From assembly GCA_009914755.4 (NCBI GenBank), contig CP068257.2, positions 28,352,001-28,416,000 on the forward strand: 64,000 nt of DNA, read 5' to 3'. Source of the stretch: the human T2T-CHM13v2.0 reference genome, Homo sapiens. This document shows, piece by piece, positions 11,955-26,699 of the stretch. Below the pieces are notes generated by a model. The model saw only the letters and a list, made by a program, of their open reading frames with translations. It was not told where the DNA came from and ran no database searches. The first letter of the stretch is position 1; each line of letters starts with the position of its first letter. Both the position numbers and the translations under genes were made by a program.

Positions 11955-13616
11955 GTTTTTATTAACAACTTATTTAAATACAGAAATTTCATGATATTAC
12001 AAGGTTTCTGCACAAGAAATCACATATATCCGAAACTTGTTCAGCTGTCTACAGCAAAGATTCATTTTTCTCTTATCGTTTTGATATCCAAAATGTTACC
12101 CGGCATGTATATCAATAGCTCTGTTACTATCATATGTTGTTCTTGTTTGAACACAGGCACTTTAAACTGTTCAAATTTCAGTAAAATGGTGCCTGTCATC
12201 TACTTTTATATTTTAAGAAAACATAAATGTATTGGAACCCTTTGTTGCTGTGAAGTTGTTCCCCTACTACACGTGAAATTGAGTGTAAATATTGTGAACT
12301 ATTCAATTTAATATGGAATATTTATGAAACATACAAAATTCATATTTATGATGAGCATATTCATTCAGATCAAAGAGAAACTTTACAGGAATTGATAACT
12401 GAGTGCAATGATCACATTTGTCAGGGTCTAAATGACCAGTAGTAAGCTTGCTATTTGTGTTTGAAGTTCAACTCCCAATCTAATATCTCAGAAAACTGAA
12501 ATTTCTTTTGGAAACTATTTCACATTTTAACTCAATTTCTCCATACAACGTAGTTAGCCTCAAGCCTATATCATGGTGGGGCAAATTGATCCCATAGAAA
12601 CGACTCCATTCTGACAAAAACAAGAAGACCAAACCACTGCTTTCTAGGAATAGGCTCAGATTTTTTTAAATCAATGCTTAAAAAAGTATCAGGACCTTAA
12701 ACCAGTACCGCGCTGGGCTGGTTCCTATTGGGTTGCAAAAGTGATTGTGCAAATCTTTTCCCAACTTTATATTCAGGGACACTATGCCTGATATTGGTTG
12801 TAGTAGAAGTATTACCACTGTAGAGTTTGGCAACCGTTACAAATCATGGCTTTTAAAAAGATAAGTGTCCCACAACCCTAATCCAAGCTTCTTAGACTAG
12901 TTTTCAAAATTGAACCATTCATGGTAAATACAGAGAATGTATAAGTGATTGATTATATAAAGCAAGTACAATCACCTTTATAAGAAAGAAATGACGTATC
13001 ACAAATAACTAGCTCTTTTAGGATTGTGTCACACACCTATCCATGTGGGAATCTGAAGAGTTGATTTTATATATAGACTTGTCAACTTTGGAATAATTAG
13101 ATGCCCTATATGGCATGGTGTAGTTCATTGATTTTTCCAGAACAATGAGGTAGGTAATAAATGTGTTTAAAATTTTAAAAACTAAAGAAAGGAACATTAG
13201 CAAAACAAAAACAAAAACAAAACCACACCCTCCTTCCCTCCTTTCTAATGTGCAGGGTATTTATGGAGGAAAGTGTGGTAATTTAATTAGAATTTACTTA
13301 TTTTATAAAAATGTTCAATTCTAGAAGAAACTTTGCTTTCAACTGTGTGTAGTATGCATGAGCCATTTTCTTTTGCATTTTCAAAAGGCAAAACAGCCAG
13401 TTTAATGTTCTCCTACAAGATAAAAATCATTTGAACAACATATATCTAATCATTGTCTGACTACTCATCAACTGCAATCACGTCCTGACAACCTTACTTT
13501 ATTTCTCATCTGCTTTTAACACCACTTCCTTCACTGCTAGTCCAAGGATTGGCAAACATTTTTTTGTAAAGAATCGGATAGTATGTTAAGCTGTGTAAGC
13601 CAAGTACAGACTTTGT

Positions 13617-13905
13617 GACATGCATATTCTATTCTATTTCTCTTTTCTTGTCTTCTTAAAAGGAAAATTGTTTAAAATCCTTTAAAAATGTAATAACTGG
13701 CAGTATTTAACCTGTAAGGAAAGCATACTTTGGTTATCTCTATCTAATCTAGCATTTTCTATTGTGGCATGCGTATTCTATTCTATTTCTCTTTTCTCGT
13801 CTTCTTAAATGGAAAATTGTTTAATATCCTTTAAAAATGTAATAACTGGCAGTATTTAACCTGTAAGGAAAGCATACTTTGGTTATCTCTGTCTAATCTA
13901 CTCTC
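13617..13905. repeat. Two-copy tandem duplication with a ~152-bp period and ~95% identity between copies.
   Basis: Copy 1 (~13617-13768) reads atgcatattctattctatttctcttttcttgtcttcttaaaaggaaaattgtttaaaatcctttaaaaatgtaataactggcagtatttaacctgtaaggaaagcatactttggttatctctatctaatcta. Copy 2 (~13769-13905) reads atgcgtattctattctatttctcttttctcgtcttcttaaatggaaaattgtttaatatcctttaaaaatgtaataactggcagtatttaacctgtaaggaaagcatactttggttatctctgtctaatcta. Confidence 0.9.
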
Positions 13906-16777
13906 TTGTGCCCACTTTTACTTACTCACATGTCTTTTCCCAACAGCATTCTGTCACACCTCCTAATAGTTTTGCTCATCATTCCTGCCTTTTGTCCGAG
14001 ATACTCATATTCTCCCCTATTATAAGCACTGCACATTCTCAGATTTTTTATTTTGTGGTCAAAACACATATAACTTTCCACTTTGGCTATCAGCCTTTCT
14101 TTCATTGTTTCTTTTTCATCCTCTGCCAACCTCTCTTTTAAATATTAGAAAGTATCCTAGTTTCTATTTTGTGGTGACCTATTCTGTTATTCTTGCGTGT
14201 AAAGTGAATTATTTACCTCTCTCTCTCTTTGATTTTATTCGTTACCTTTCTTGGTTTGCTCTTCATTATTTATCTCTCTTCTTGTAGAAGTCTATCTTGT
14301 TTCCTCTTCTGATAATTTTCCTCTCCTATGTTTATTTTTGTTTACCCTTTCACATCCCATACAATGTTTCTACTAACAGCTACACAACAATTCCTTCAAA
14401 GAAGAGCTCTCAATAAAAATGTCTTTATTTATTATCATTGCTTTATACATAACTTCTGTCTTTTACGCTTTTCCATTTGTAGAAAGAAAACACACAATCC
14501 CATGTAAATGCTTCTCACTTTTCTTTAAATAGCATTAAGATTTTTTCTTATGAGCATCCCTGAAAAACCGCATAAATGCTTAGCAAATTATGTGAAAAAA
14601 AAAAAAAGATAGGGTTAGAAATCTGCTGTTTAAGCCTCCCTCAGATTTTTCTTTTAGAGATATTTTCCTGGAAGGCCTTGGACATTTATTTTAAATGGGG
14701 GATTGTTACAAAAAGAAATAAAGCCCATTTAACCAAAACTAGAGAATAAAAACTATCCCCCTGCATAACCTTAAAAGAGCACAAAGAAAAGCTTTGGTTT
14801 TGAAAATGTGAATAATTAGTATACTTTAAAATTTTTCACATTATTCTGTATACATTCATACAGATTCAAATAGTATTATAAAATATTCTCACAATTTTTC
14901 AAAAATATAAAATGTCTTATAAAAAAGTGAGAAAGTTTTTATTTTCAACTTATTTTTATATACACCTTTAAGATATTTTCTTTAGCAAATGTTTCTCTCT
15001 AATTTGAATGGATGTTTACTGAATAAATCAAATTGGTTTTGCTTCATTGACATTACTATAAGCGAATTCCAGTAAATTTAAGACCACATTTTATGAAATG
15101 CATTCAAATAGAAAAGTCTATTATGTTATCAGAGTGCCCTTTGAACTTATTTTAAAGTTTGTGAAAAGTAACGATTACCTTTTTTTAAAAAAAATCCCAA
15201 GTCTTTGAGGAAGCACTTGATGCGACACATTTTAAGAAGTAATGAGAACAAAAAAAGTGAAGAATGGCCTGCTTTTCAAAACAGCAATTTATTGGCCTAG
15301 ATAAGAAATGGATTTTAAACTTGATAAGATTTTTAAACTTAGATGATTAACATATAATCATCTTCTAATAGACTTCTATTACTCCATCTGAGTGTTTAGT
15401 GTGAAATCTTTGTTAAACACATTTACGTGATAAATCTCCAAGTGCCACTTATCTTCTAAAATAAGTTGTGGTACAGGAAGTTCACATTCTCTTTCCTCTA
15501 GTTACTGAATAAAAGCACATATTTCAAATTTTCTCAGCTAGTTTTATGCATGAGAACTTTTCTGTATATTATTAAAGCCATATGTTACAAAATGGCTATT
15601 TCAAAGTAGATTAATAGATTATGTAATGCATAGGTCTAAATCATATTGATTTTAATTATTTTAACATTTCCCATTTTAATGTTTTCTATTTAAACTTAGA
15701 TATTGACTAATATACATTCACTTACTTTCTCTTATACTTAAGATGCTTTAAATAAGAAATATGGAATAATTTTTCAAAATAATTGAATTTGTTTCATTTT
15801 TTTCCTTTTAAGCAATGTTATCCAAAGTAATTTCCTAAGCCCCTCTGAATAAAGTTGTCTACTTAGGCTTATTTTGGAATTATAGAAAATTGCAGATAGA
15901 AGCAAATTAAAAAAAGAAGATTAAAAGATTATACTGGGGAGGGATCTGAAAAGAGAGGGAGATGAAGATACGGTAATGATAGTAATACTGTATTATACTA
16001 ACATTAGGATGGAAGGACCGGGGTCCCCAAGCTTACATAGCCTCTACTTTGGCACAGGACATTGTGTTCAGACCTCAACAGAAAGATACAAAACTATAGA
16101 CGATTATAATGTGTCATTAAATGAGATATGCACCGAGTTGTTTACAATAATGATATGTCTGAGATACCAATGCACTTCTAAGTATTTTTCCCCCACAAGT
16201 TTTACTAAAACACAGCTTTGTTATTACCTAAGATGGATAATTTCTCTGTAAGAAGAATGGACCTGCTTATTAGTAACATCTCCAAGATAAACTGCATCTA
16301 ATGCTGCCTTACCACATACACTGTTTTTGTTCAGCATAATCGTAAATATGAGCAATGGAACATAATATTAAATATTTCATGCCCAGCACTTAAAGAAGAG
16401 TGCCATCATTTTTTAAATGTAGAAAATCAAATAGAGACAAATGCTGCAATTATTGTATCCTACAAATAAGTTAAAGAACTGACATTAATGTTATGGTAGT
16501 CTGTGTCTATACTCCCCAATGCATTGTTACAGGTAGGTAGATAGGCATGAGCAGGGGGAGGAGAAGGCTCTTCTCCCCTACCCACTAGGAATGTCAGGTG
16601 ATGGTTTGACAATTATCACACTGTCTCTCCAAAAATAATAATTCAGCAGCCGGCACAAAGGCTCCAGGGAAAGACAGTCTCCTGATAATCCACAGCTATA
16701 AACATAAAAGTCTTAATTGAACAGAGATGCCAGAGAGAAGCAACTTCCTGGTCATGTGCATTAGGAGACAAAATGGC

Positions 16778-16972
16778 GGCCAGGAACGGTGGCTCACATC
16801 TGTTATCCCAGCACTCTGGGAGGCGGAGGTGGGTGAATTACTTGAGGTCAGAAGTTCTAGACCAGTCTGGCCAACATGGTGAAACCCTGTCTCTACTGAA
16901 AACACCAAATAAATAAATAAATAAAATAGCCAAGCGTGGCACACACATGTAATCCCAGTTACTTGGGAGGCT
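16778..16972 (+). mobile_element. Alu, 3'-truncated (left monomer, A-rich linker and start of right monomer).
   Basis: Sequence reads ggccaggaacggtggctcacatctgttatcccagcactctgggaggcggaggtgggtgaattacttgaggtcagaagttctagaccagtctggccaacatggtgaaaccctgtctctactgaaaacaccaaataaataaataaataaaatagccaagcgtggcacacacatgtaatcccagttacttgggaggct. Confidence 0.9.
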
Positions 16973-19900
16973 CTCACTTGCATGCTGTCACTTCCCAATG
17001 GTAAGAAGGGCAGTGCACATGTGGGCAGCCCAGCCTAAGGGAAGAATCATGGGAAACAGGAGAGCCTATAAAGTCCTAGAATCACAGTTAAACGAGGCAC
17101 TTGACCTTCAGACACTTAACCTTCACATGCCTGCTTGGGTCTTTTCCAAGCATATCTTCCTTTCTTTCCTGTTCTAAAACCTTTTTAAATAAACTTCCAC
17201 TCCTGCTCTGAAACTCACCTGGGTCTCTTCTTCTGCCTTATACTCCTCAGTCGAATTCTTTCTTCTGAAGAGGCAGGAATTGAGGTAGCTGCAGATCTTT
17301 CCTCTGGTAATTCCAGTATGGTGAAGACAGTATGGGTGAAAAATAAATTTGGAAGTTAGCACCCATGTGTAAGATTTTCAATAACTCTAAGTGCTGATTA
17401 TATGTATTTAGCAAAGTAAACCTTTTATTTTTGTTTTAACTTTTTTGTTGTTATCTAGACTGAAAACAATGCTCTTCTCAGGACACATTATTAAGACTTC
17501 TAAGACGCTTCTCTATTTATAAGAAGAATACATAAATGTCTACTATGTGAGTCACTAATTAACGAGGAAAACAAAATTACAGCTCAATTGTTCAACCTAT
17601 TTTCGATTTTTTAGTTTCCGCATATTTCTGTCTTTTCAACCATTGCCAGAGCTTCACAAGAGTAATTTGTGTGCATATCTGAATTTTGTAATCAACTTAT
17701 TTTTTTAAATATGATTTTATAATGCTCTTTCCTATAACTCATCCACTATTGAGGTGTTAAATTTCCATTCCTAAGACTGACCGTTATGAAGTTTCCCATT
17801 CTGACTACAGCCGAGCATTTTTCCTTTCTTTCGTGACATCTCTCAATGAATATGCATCCCCAGTAGAATGTTTATTGAAAAGCTTTTGTCCAAATGCTAT
17901 GCCTTTGCTCACGTCATTTCCCATGCCTGGAAATGCTTCCATAAGGGATTCTAGTCCAATCGTATCTATTATAAAGAGTTAGTTCAAGTCACATTTAACT
18001 CTGTCAAAGTCTTTCCATGTTGGCTCCTTGTCTATAATGTCTGAAATCTAGTTCATATCAAACGACCTATTAGATAGTTTAACCTACATTTTTTTTTGGA
18101 GTTATGTAACTATTGCTGTTAATTGTCTTTTTATGCATTTACACAAGGGATTGCAGATCCAAATGTCCATGGTGGTCAGGTTGGTAATTTAGTGACTAAA
18201 TCAGCCAACTGTAATGCAGTACGCCTACACTGCAACAATGGGAGCAGCTGTTGCCACCTGCAGAATGTGCCAAGGAGCAGCCATTTCTCAGCTCCAGTCA
18301 ATTATTGTTCTGTAGAAATGCAAGGCTCATTGTTGCCAGATGTTTGTATTATAAGTAAATAAACAAGAAAGTTGACTTTTTAAATGTAAAATCCCCTGAA
18401 TTTTAGAAGTTGTTTCAGTTTTTAAAAACATTATAAAACTCATCCAGCCATAGGCTGCATGTATACAAACTCTTATTTATATTCCTAATCCATTCAACCA
18501 CACATTTAACAAATATGTATTGAATACTTTCCATGTATCAGGCACTGTGCAGATCACGAAGAATAGTGGTGAATAAGATAAAGCCCCTCTTCTAAAAAGT
18601 GTTTACAGTCAAATGTGAACATATGCTACAACATTTTTCAGTCAGACACATCCTGATACATATTAAGTATTTTGATTTGATTTAGCAATAGAACAATGGC
18701 TAATATTAGAAATCTAACATGCTACAATAAAATCAGAACAAAATAGCAGAAGAAAAATCCCATAGGAAACAATGAAGATAAATAAAATAATAAACAGCTG
18801 TCTTTTCTCTTCATACACGTACATACATAGGCACATGTGGATATGAATAAAATAGACCAGACAATGCTATATTCTAACACCACTAAATCTTCTGTCATGC
18901 TCAACTACAACTGCAAAATATATTGAGATGTGAATATTGTGCTCCAAAGCAATATTCTGCAGGAATATTACTGTATTCTCACCGTTGAACAGATTTCAAC
19001 AAAGAATATCTTTGTGACATTTATAAATAGTCTATGGTTTTTTTTTCAAAATCTCAGATAAGGTAGTGTTGAAACATTGAGTAGCTTTACTAATGAGATA
19101 GTTTTCAATACAAAATAAGTAATTTTAAAATGTTTTATTTAAAAAAAAAGAGGGAATCAGTCACCTACAGAGTATGAAAGTGACCATATTCCCCAGAGAG
19201 TTTAAATTTACCTTTCTGGACTGGTCTTTTCTGAAAATAAGGAACATATTTGTGAAGCATTAAAAAAATCTTTTGCTTCCATAAATGTATGCAATCCTTT
19301 AACATTGTTTTATTCTGTTTTTTTTAATTACTCATTTTCATTTCACAATGCCCTACAGGTCTATCAGGTGAAGTAGTTAACAAATAAACAAAAAATAATA
19401 ATAATGGAAAGGAATGAGAATGGGGAAGAAAAAGACACATTTATTATATACTAAAAAAGTATTGGTTGCTCTTTTGCTCCTTCCCTTCCCTCACCTTCCA
19501 TTCTTCCTCTTCATCTTCTTCTCCTTCCTCCTCTTTTATTTCAAATGATCCTTCATAAGCCAAAAAATGGGTTATATAGAAAATTATCTTAATTTATCTC
19601 TCACATTTAAGTGCTGGAAAATGGTTTGTAAGTTTGATTGATGCAGAATATTTAAGAAAGTAACCAACAACTAAGTCTGTTTATTGAAAACAATTTTGTT
19701 TCACAGATCATTATAAAATCAAACTTAAAATGCAACAAAATATAAAGACTGTATTTATTACACAACAAAGGGGTGAAAAATGCTTTCATCTTCTTTAGAA
19801 TAGTTGCGTGCAGTTGGATTACAGTTAGAAGGTCAGCATCTCCTCCCCAATGGCCCCAAATCAGTTCTGATATGAAGAGCTGGAAACAGACAAGATTAAA

Positions 19901-20663
19901 CTCTGATTACTTCTTTGAGGATGAGATGTTTTTAAATCAGAGTTGGCAAACCCTGCCACGAGTGCATCTGTCAGGGATCAAACTCCGTTGGCATTAAGGT
20001 TCATTCTAAAACCCAAAATGTACTTCATTAAGTATTTCTCTTTAAAGCAATCATACTGACTCTATTCATAGCCAGAGCATAAGGTTTTGAAAGGTGTTAA
20101 TGATCAGTTTTTTAAAAAGTTCTTTGATGTCTAAAAAATTCTTGAAATAAGATCATTTAAAATTAATTGGAAGTGAAATTTACTAAAGGCAAATGTTCAC
20201 ACAAATCAATTAGTTCAGATTTGATCCCTAAAGCCAAATCCACAATTTCTAAATGGAGTCTAAACTTCAAAAATTATTTCTCCTTCCCCTCTGTAGAATA
20301 ATTTGAGACAACAATATAAAAATAAGATGATGTAATTAGACTTCAAATCCCAAATTCACATTGTAATATTCATGAGGTGTTCCTAGTTTCTCAATTCTTC
20401 TTGCATTAAATTATAAATGCTCATTAACCAAGGGAATGAGATGCAAGGTTTTCAGCCTTAAAGTGAAAAAGGTCATCTAAACCACTAACAGCTGAAAACA
20501 GAGACTAAGAAGAAAGATGTATTTAGGAGTTGAATAATACGTATTTACAGAGGCCTACAGTGTACTCTGCAGTTGAGATTGCTGGAATCTATTGAAAGAT
20601 TCAGGGATTGAGCTTATTTACCTATGCAGAAAGGATACTGAAAAAAGGAATAATAAGAAATAT

Positions 20664-20985
<322 letters not shown>

Positions 20986-21174
20986 TCACAATAATGAGTT
21001 GTAGAAGTGTTAAGCATAATAATAGATGTTCTATATATAGCATAACATGTATTGTTCTTAAGCACTTACTCTATGCTAGACCCTCTTCTAAGAGCTAATG
21101 CATATTGATGCATTTACTCTGACAACAGCCCTATGTAAGGGGAAGAGATGATCAGAGAGGTGAAGTACTTGCCC

Positions 21175-21570
21175 ACAGTGACTGTCTTAGTCTATTGAAG
21201 GTGCTATAACACTTTGAGGGGGGTGTTTATAACATAAACCTAGAGGGGGTGGTTTATAAACAACAGAAATTAATTTCTCACAGTTCTGAAGACTGAGAAG
21301 CTCAGCATCAAGGCACCAGCAGATGTGGTGTCTGGTGAAAACTTGCTTCCTGCCTCATAGATGGTGCCTTCTGACTGTGTCATCACACGGTAGAAGGGGC
21401 AAATGAACTCCAGTGAGCCTCTTTTATAAGGTCACTAATCCCATTTATGAACACTCTAATGTCATGACCTTATCACCTCCCAAAAGTCCCACCTCCTAAT
21501 ATTCTCACCTTGAGGGTTAAAATTTTAACATGAATTTGGGGTTGGGTGGGTCACAAACATTCAGACTATA
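21175..21570. mobile_element. L1 3'-UTR-derived repeat (older primate L1P/L1M 3'-end module containing ...ctcacagttctgg/aagactgagaag.../...tttataag...cactaatcccatt...catgaatttgggg...). Orientation relative to the L1 consensus is not certain.
   Basis: Sequence reads gactgtcttagtctattgaaggtgctataacac...ttctcacagttctgaagactgagaagctcagcatcaaggcaccagcagatgtggtgtctggtgaaaacttgcttcctgcctcatagatggtgccttctgactgtgtcatcacacggtagaaggggcaaatgaactccagtgagcctcttttataaggtcactaatcccatttatgaacactctaatgtcatgaccttatcacctcccaaaagtcccacctcctaatattctcaccttgagggttaaaattttaacatgaatttggggttgggtgggtcacaaacattcagactatagc. This matches the widespread ...ctcacagttctggaggctgggaagtccaagatcaaggtgc...ctcttttataagggcactaatcccattcatgagg...catgacctaatcacctcccaaaggccccacctcctaatacc...aacatatgaattttgggg repeat. 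Confidence 0.7.
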
Positions 21571-22451
21571 GCTGTCAGTCATCAAAAATGTCTAGCCCTG
21601 GATTGAATTCTTAATCACCAACCACTATTGTATTTTATGGAGATGCTTCTCTATAAGATGGCTAGCTAAACCCCATAGTAACATGAAGACAGTGGGTAGC
21701 TACAGGTTACTTCTGCCAATATCACTGAGGCATCTTGTGCTTAGAAAATTTTGTGACTTGTATGGTACATATGTATTACAGTTTTATATCTAGGTTACAG
21801 AAGACGGATTTTACACCTTCTGGCCTTCTTTTTCATCTTTAAGCCTATCGTGTCTGACTCCCATTTTGTTGTGTTTCCACTCCTAGAGTTCCATGTTTTC
21901 CACATGTTGGAAAGACCTTTTCATTGTAAGATTCTCTATCAGAGCTCCTTGGGCAGAGAGGGTGACCTGTCACTTTAGAATGCTCTAAACCAGAGTATTC
22001 AGGGCCTTGGGAAATGAACTTTATTTTCCATAACAGTTATCAAAAAAAGCTTAGTGGTTCAAGCCACTTAAAAGAAATGTGGTCCCTGCCCACATGGTGT
22101 GGAGATAATTGCCTCATCTCTGCCGTGGTGTCTGCTGACCAAAGCTCTCCTTTGTAAATCTCTGCATGAGTCCCGCAGTGCAGCCACAAGCATGGCACAT
22201 GTTTTTTATCCATAAATAAGAGGAATCCCCAGGGCTCTGTATGGCTTGCAATAAACTCAAAATTAACTATGATTTTAGTTCTTAATATTAAAAAGGAAAG
22301 AATGAGTGGAGGTGGGAGTGACAATTCAGTAGGACACAAATGACAAGAGGGAGATTCTTTTATAAACTGGGGTTTCCTACAAACTAAATTTCTTTCTGTT
22401 CAGAAAGTCCAATAAAATATGAACATTATTGGGAATAAAATATCAGCATAA

Positions 22452-22796
<345 letters not shown>

Positions 22797-25387
22797 CTAG
22801 CTTGAGCTATCAAACAGGACTTCAGTTTTCTCTTCAGTGGGAGGGTTGATATAAGCGGAAGCCAGTTTGAACCCTACCTATGCCAATGTCCTTATTGTGG
22901 ACTTTGGAAGAAAATAACTTAAAAGTGACATTACCGTTATGGAGTAGTAAAAAATATTTGAGGGCATGTTAATCATTACTAATATGTATCTCACAAAAAT
23001 GTAGACTTAACTGAAAACTCATCAATGCAATTTTTTTAAAAAAACATAAAATCTTAGGTATTCAAGTTCCATTTTTTCTGTTTTAAACTAATGTTTGAAA
23101 GCATCAACTACTGTTTCTTAATATGTTATATACTCTTATGGAAAATTCAAACCCAGAACTTTAAAATGATGTCCTTGTTTATTGACAACTGACTTCAGGA
23201 AAAAGAGAAGCACATCTCAAATGCAGACAACTTCAAGTTCTTCCATTTCTTCTTTACACATCTGAATTTTACTTTTCTTTTTATATATGAAAGCAACCCA
23301 AGATCTTTTCCAAGAATTTGTAGTCAGCAGGGATGAAGAGACTTCTGACACTCATGACTTGTGAGACCTCATGACGGTCAAATAAGGAAGACCTTGCTGT
23401 ATTTTTTAAGGATGGAAACGGCCAAGAGGGAGAAGGGGAGCTTTGTACTGATAGTCAAAAACTTTGTTACAAATGAGAAGACTGACACGATGTTTGCCAT
23501 AGGAGTCATAGTATTTGTTGGGGTGGCGGGGGGGGTGGAAAAAAGTAAAATATTATTAGTCTGCTGAGATTTTAACTGTTTCTCTGACTGGCATTCTGTA
23601 TGATATGTAATCATGTCTATAATGAGGACTCCTTTCTTTATCTACATGAGCAATTCTCCTTCCCAGGTACTGATAATTTCAAAATGAAAGCCATGTACAT
23701 ACTCTGTTACATTAAAGGAGGAAGAAAACACAGAATGCAATAATATTCTGCCCTCAGATGCCCTCATGATCTCTCCATCCCTTCCTCTCCTTCATACAGT
23801 AACACGGAGGGAGTCAAAATGGTCTGGAAGATCTCTAACACATAGTGAGTGACTGTAAGTTATTTACACTAATTAGGCAAAAAAAAAAAAAAGTAGTCTG
23901 TATCAATGGCCATCGAATTAAACTTTGTGCATTCTCAAATTCCATTTCATGGTTTACATTGCTTAGGTAAATGTGGCCAACATTGGTGTTTTTGATTTTT
24001 CTTTTCAAATATGAGATGTAATTTCTATATGCATGCTCAGGCTATGTACTGTGTTTGCCTTTCTCAAAAAAAAAAAAAAAGAAAAAGAAAAAGCAGGCTT
24101 TCTTCTACCAATACCAAATCTACCTATTAAGACTGAAATACAGAAAGCAGGCTCATGGCTGGTAGAGATACTTTTTAACATTCCAAGTGAAGGACCATAA
24201 ATTAAAACCCACTTTTTCTGTTGGGCTACAGTAGCCCAAGACTTCATGTATTTTCCCTATTACATAATATAAATGAGAGAATATGTGTTGCATTTTAAAC
24301 TAGTATAGCTGTTTATTGAAGAGGTGGTCAGGAAGGGGTTTCTCACAGTTTCTCGTCAAGAAAAAGAATGTCATTGTTAGCTTTGCCAGAATTTGCTTCT
24401 ATTAGTAAGAGTTGCCTTGGGTGGCAGAGGCGTGGGGGCAGGGATGGTATATTGGGATAACTTGTAAGTTTAGAGACCCTGTTGGATTTTGGTGACTTGA
24501 GAAAAATCGATCGTTGACTTGGATAAAGAACTGATAGAAGACAAGAAGGTAGCTTAAAGATTCTCCAGGAGAGTATGTTTTATTTGACCAACAATTATAA
24601 AAGTTGGACAAAACCCTTCTTCCTTTCCCCTTATCAGAGCAGTGGTGAGAACAACTTCATCAGGGAAGACAGAATGAATTAGCTTGTCCCAGCCTCCCAC
24701 TTCTTTATCCCTAGAGGAGAGATTCCAGCTTCTTTGACTCTAGGCATCTTGCAGTTCTCTGCCCATAATCCCTTAAGGATGGGGCTTTCCTTAGCCTTTC
24801 TGTTTCTTACTCCATCTGAGATCAATATGTTAATTTAAAAAATACCCCAAAAATTAGGCCTTACGTATCTACTTGGAAAGATGTAAAAATTCAAAGCAAA
24901 GGATGTGTATCACTGATTGGCTTCTTTAATTGATAATACAATATGGTCTTTGAAACTTTCTCATCCCTTTATAAGTTTGACGTCTAAGTGGAGAACTCAC
25001 AATTCTTACCTACTTCTTACAGAAGTACCTTAAAAATTAATAAAAGATTGTGTCTGTTCCAGGTACCTGACTAGAATAAACATAATAGTTCTATTTTTCC
25101 ATGGAGTAAAGAAATTTTGGAACTTACCAAAAATACAAGCAATAGAACTTTCTTTATAATGTATTTTGCTATATATGGGATTTAGGTATAGTATAGTAAT
25201 AATAGTAATAATTAACATGTAGTGCCTCTTGTATTGCAGGCATTATTTCTAATGCTTTGCATATACTAGATTAACTTATTTAATCTTGAATATAACTCTG
25301 TGAGGTTGATCTTTAACTTACAAATGAGGAAACTGAAGCTCAGATAGGCAATGTGCCCAAATCACACATTCATTAAATAATACATCC

Positions 25388-25751
<364 letters not shown>

Positions 25752-26699
25752 TTAAGCCCTTAATTATGACATTGCTACTACCTCTCTCTGTGCTTATATT
25801 ATTGTCAGTACATGCCTTTTGACCCAAAAAGACCGCATAGCCTCCAATTTGAACATCATCATTCTAAAGGATTTCATCTGCATTCTACCTGTTTCAGTAC
25901 ATAATCCACTGTATAAAAGCTAAGTATTGTTGGAGTCACTGTTAATAAGGTCTTATGTAAATATTTATATTTTCTCATATTGACAAATAATAACTTCTCA
26001 ATTATAATAGATCTTGAGAAAGCAATCTCCATTATTATATTTTGGATTTCTACTTATTTACTCATGTTTTGATAAATTTTAAAAGTGGTGACTGCTATTC
26101 ATAGTTCTTCTGGTTTTGAATCATGGCAAATATGTACACTTCTATAGTCAGAAGCTTGAGGACAGATTTAGTTCTCTAAATGACTGAGGTGACACATCCA
26201 CTTTAGTGCAAAATTCAAGACTCATCTCTTCTTCATATTTGTGAGGTTCTTTCTCTAAATCTTAATAATGCATATACATTTCCGTTAGTGTTAATTCTTT
26301 TTTCTTCTCTCATGTAACTAAATTTTAGAGGAGTGTTCATTATCAAAATAACCTATTACAAAAATTCCTAGATTTTTATGAATTGAATCAGTCTTTCTTA
26401 GTGGATTTTTTTCATATAAGATTGATTTTTTATGTATGGATTATTTTATTTGTAATTATCTTGGTACATTGTAATTAATTTTTTGCTGCTGTTACTCTAA
26501 AGTTATTAGTATTTGATGTATCCGGTTGTCTTTTCCATCAGTATGATTAGACATAATAAGTATTCTGGCAGTTTGAATAATGACACCTTTATTGATCTTT
26601 GTGTATTTTAAAATTTTGCCTTCTTTAAAAGATGAAACTATTCTAGTTCACTTTTAATTAAATCCACATGTATGCTTAAAAATGCAAATTTTATAAAAA

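Noticed and set aside
12700-12760. ggttgcaaaagtgattgtgcaaatcttttcccaac, which is reminiscent of a mariner/MADE1 terminal inverted repeat (ggttggtgcaaaagtaattgcgg...).
   Set aside because: Only one partial arm is present. There is no inverted partner and no TA target duplication. The similarity is too weak to call.
16480-17060. Region flanking the truncated Alu at 16778-16972 that vaguely resembles an L1 3'-UTR module (...aagaatcatgggaaacaggagagcc...).
   Set aside because: The similarity was patchy and I could not produce a convincing collinear alignment by eye. It is left unannotated rather than guessed.
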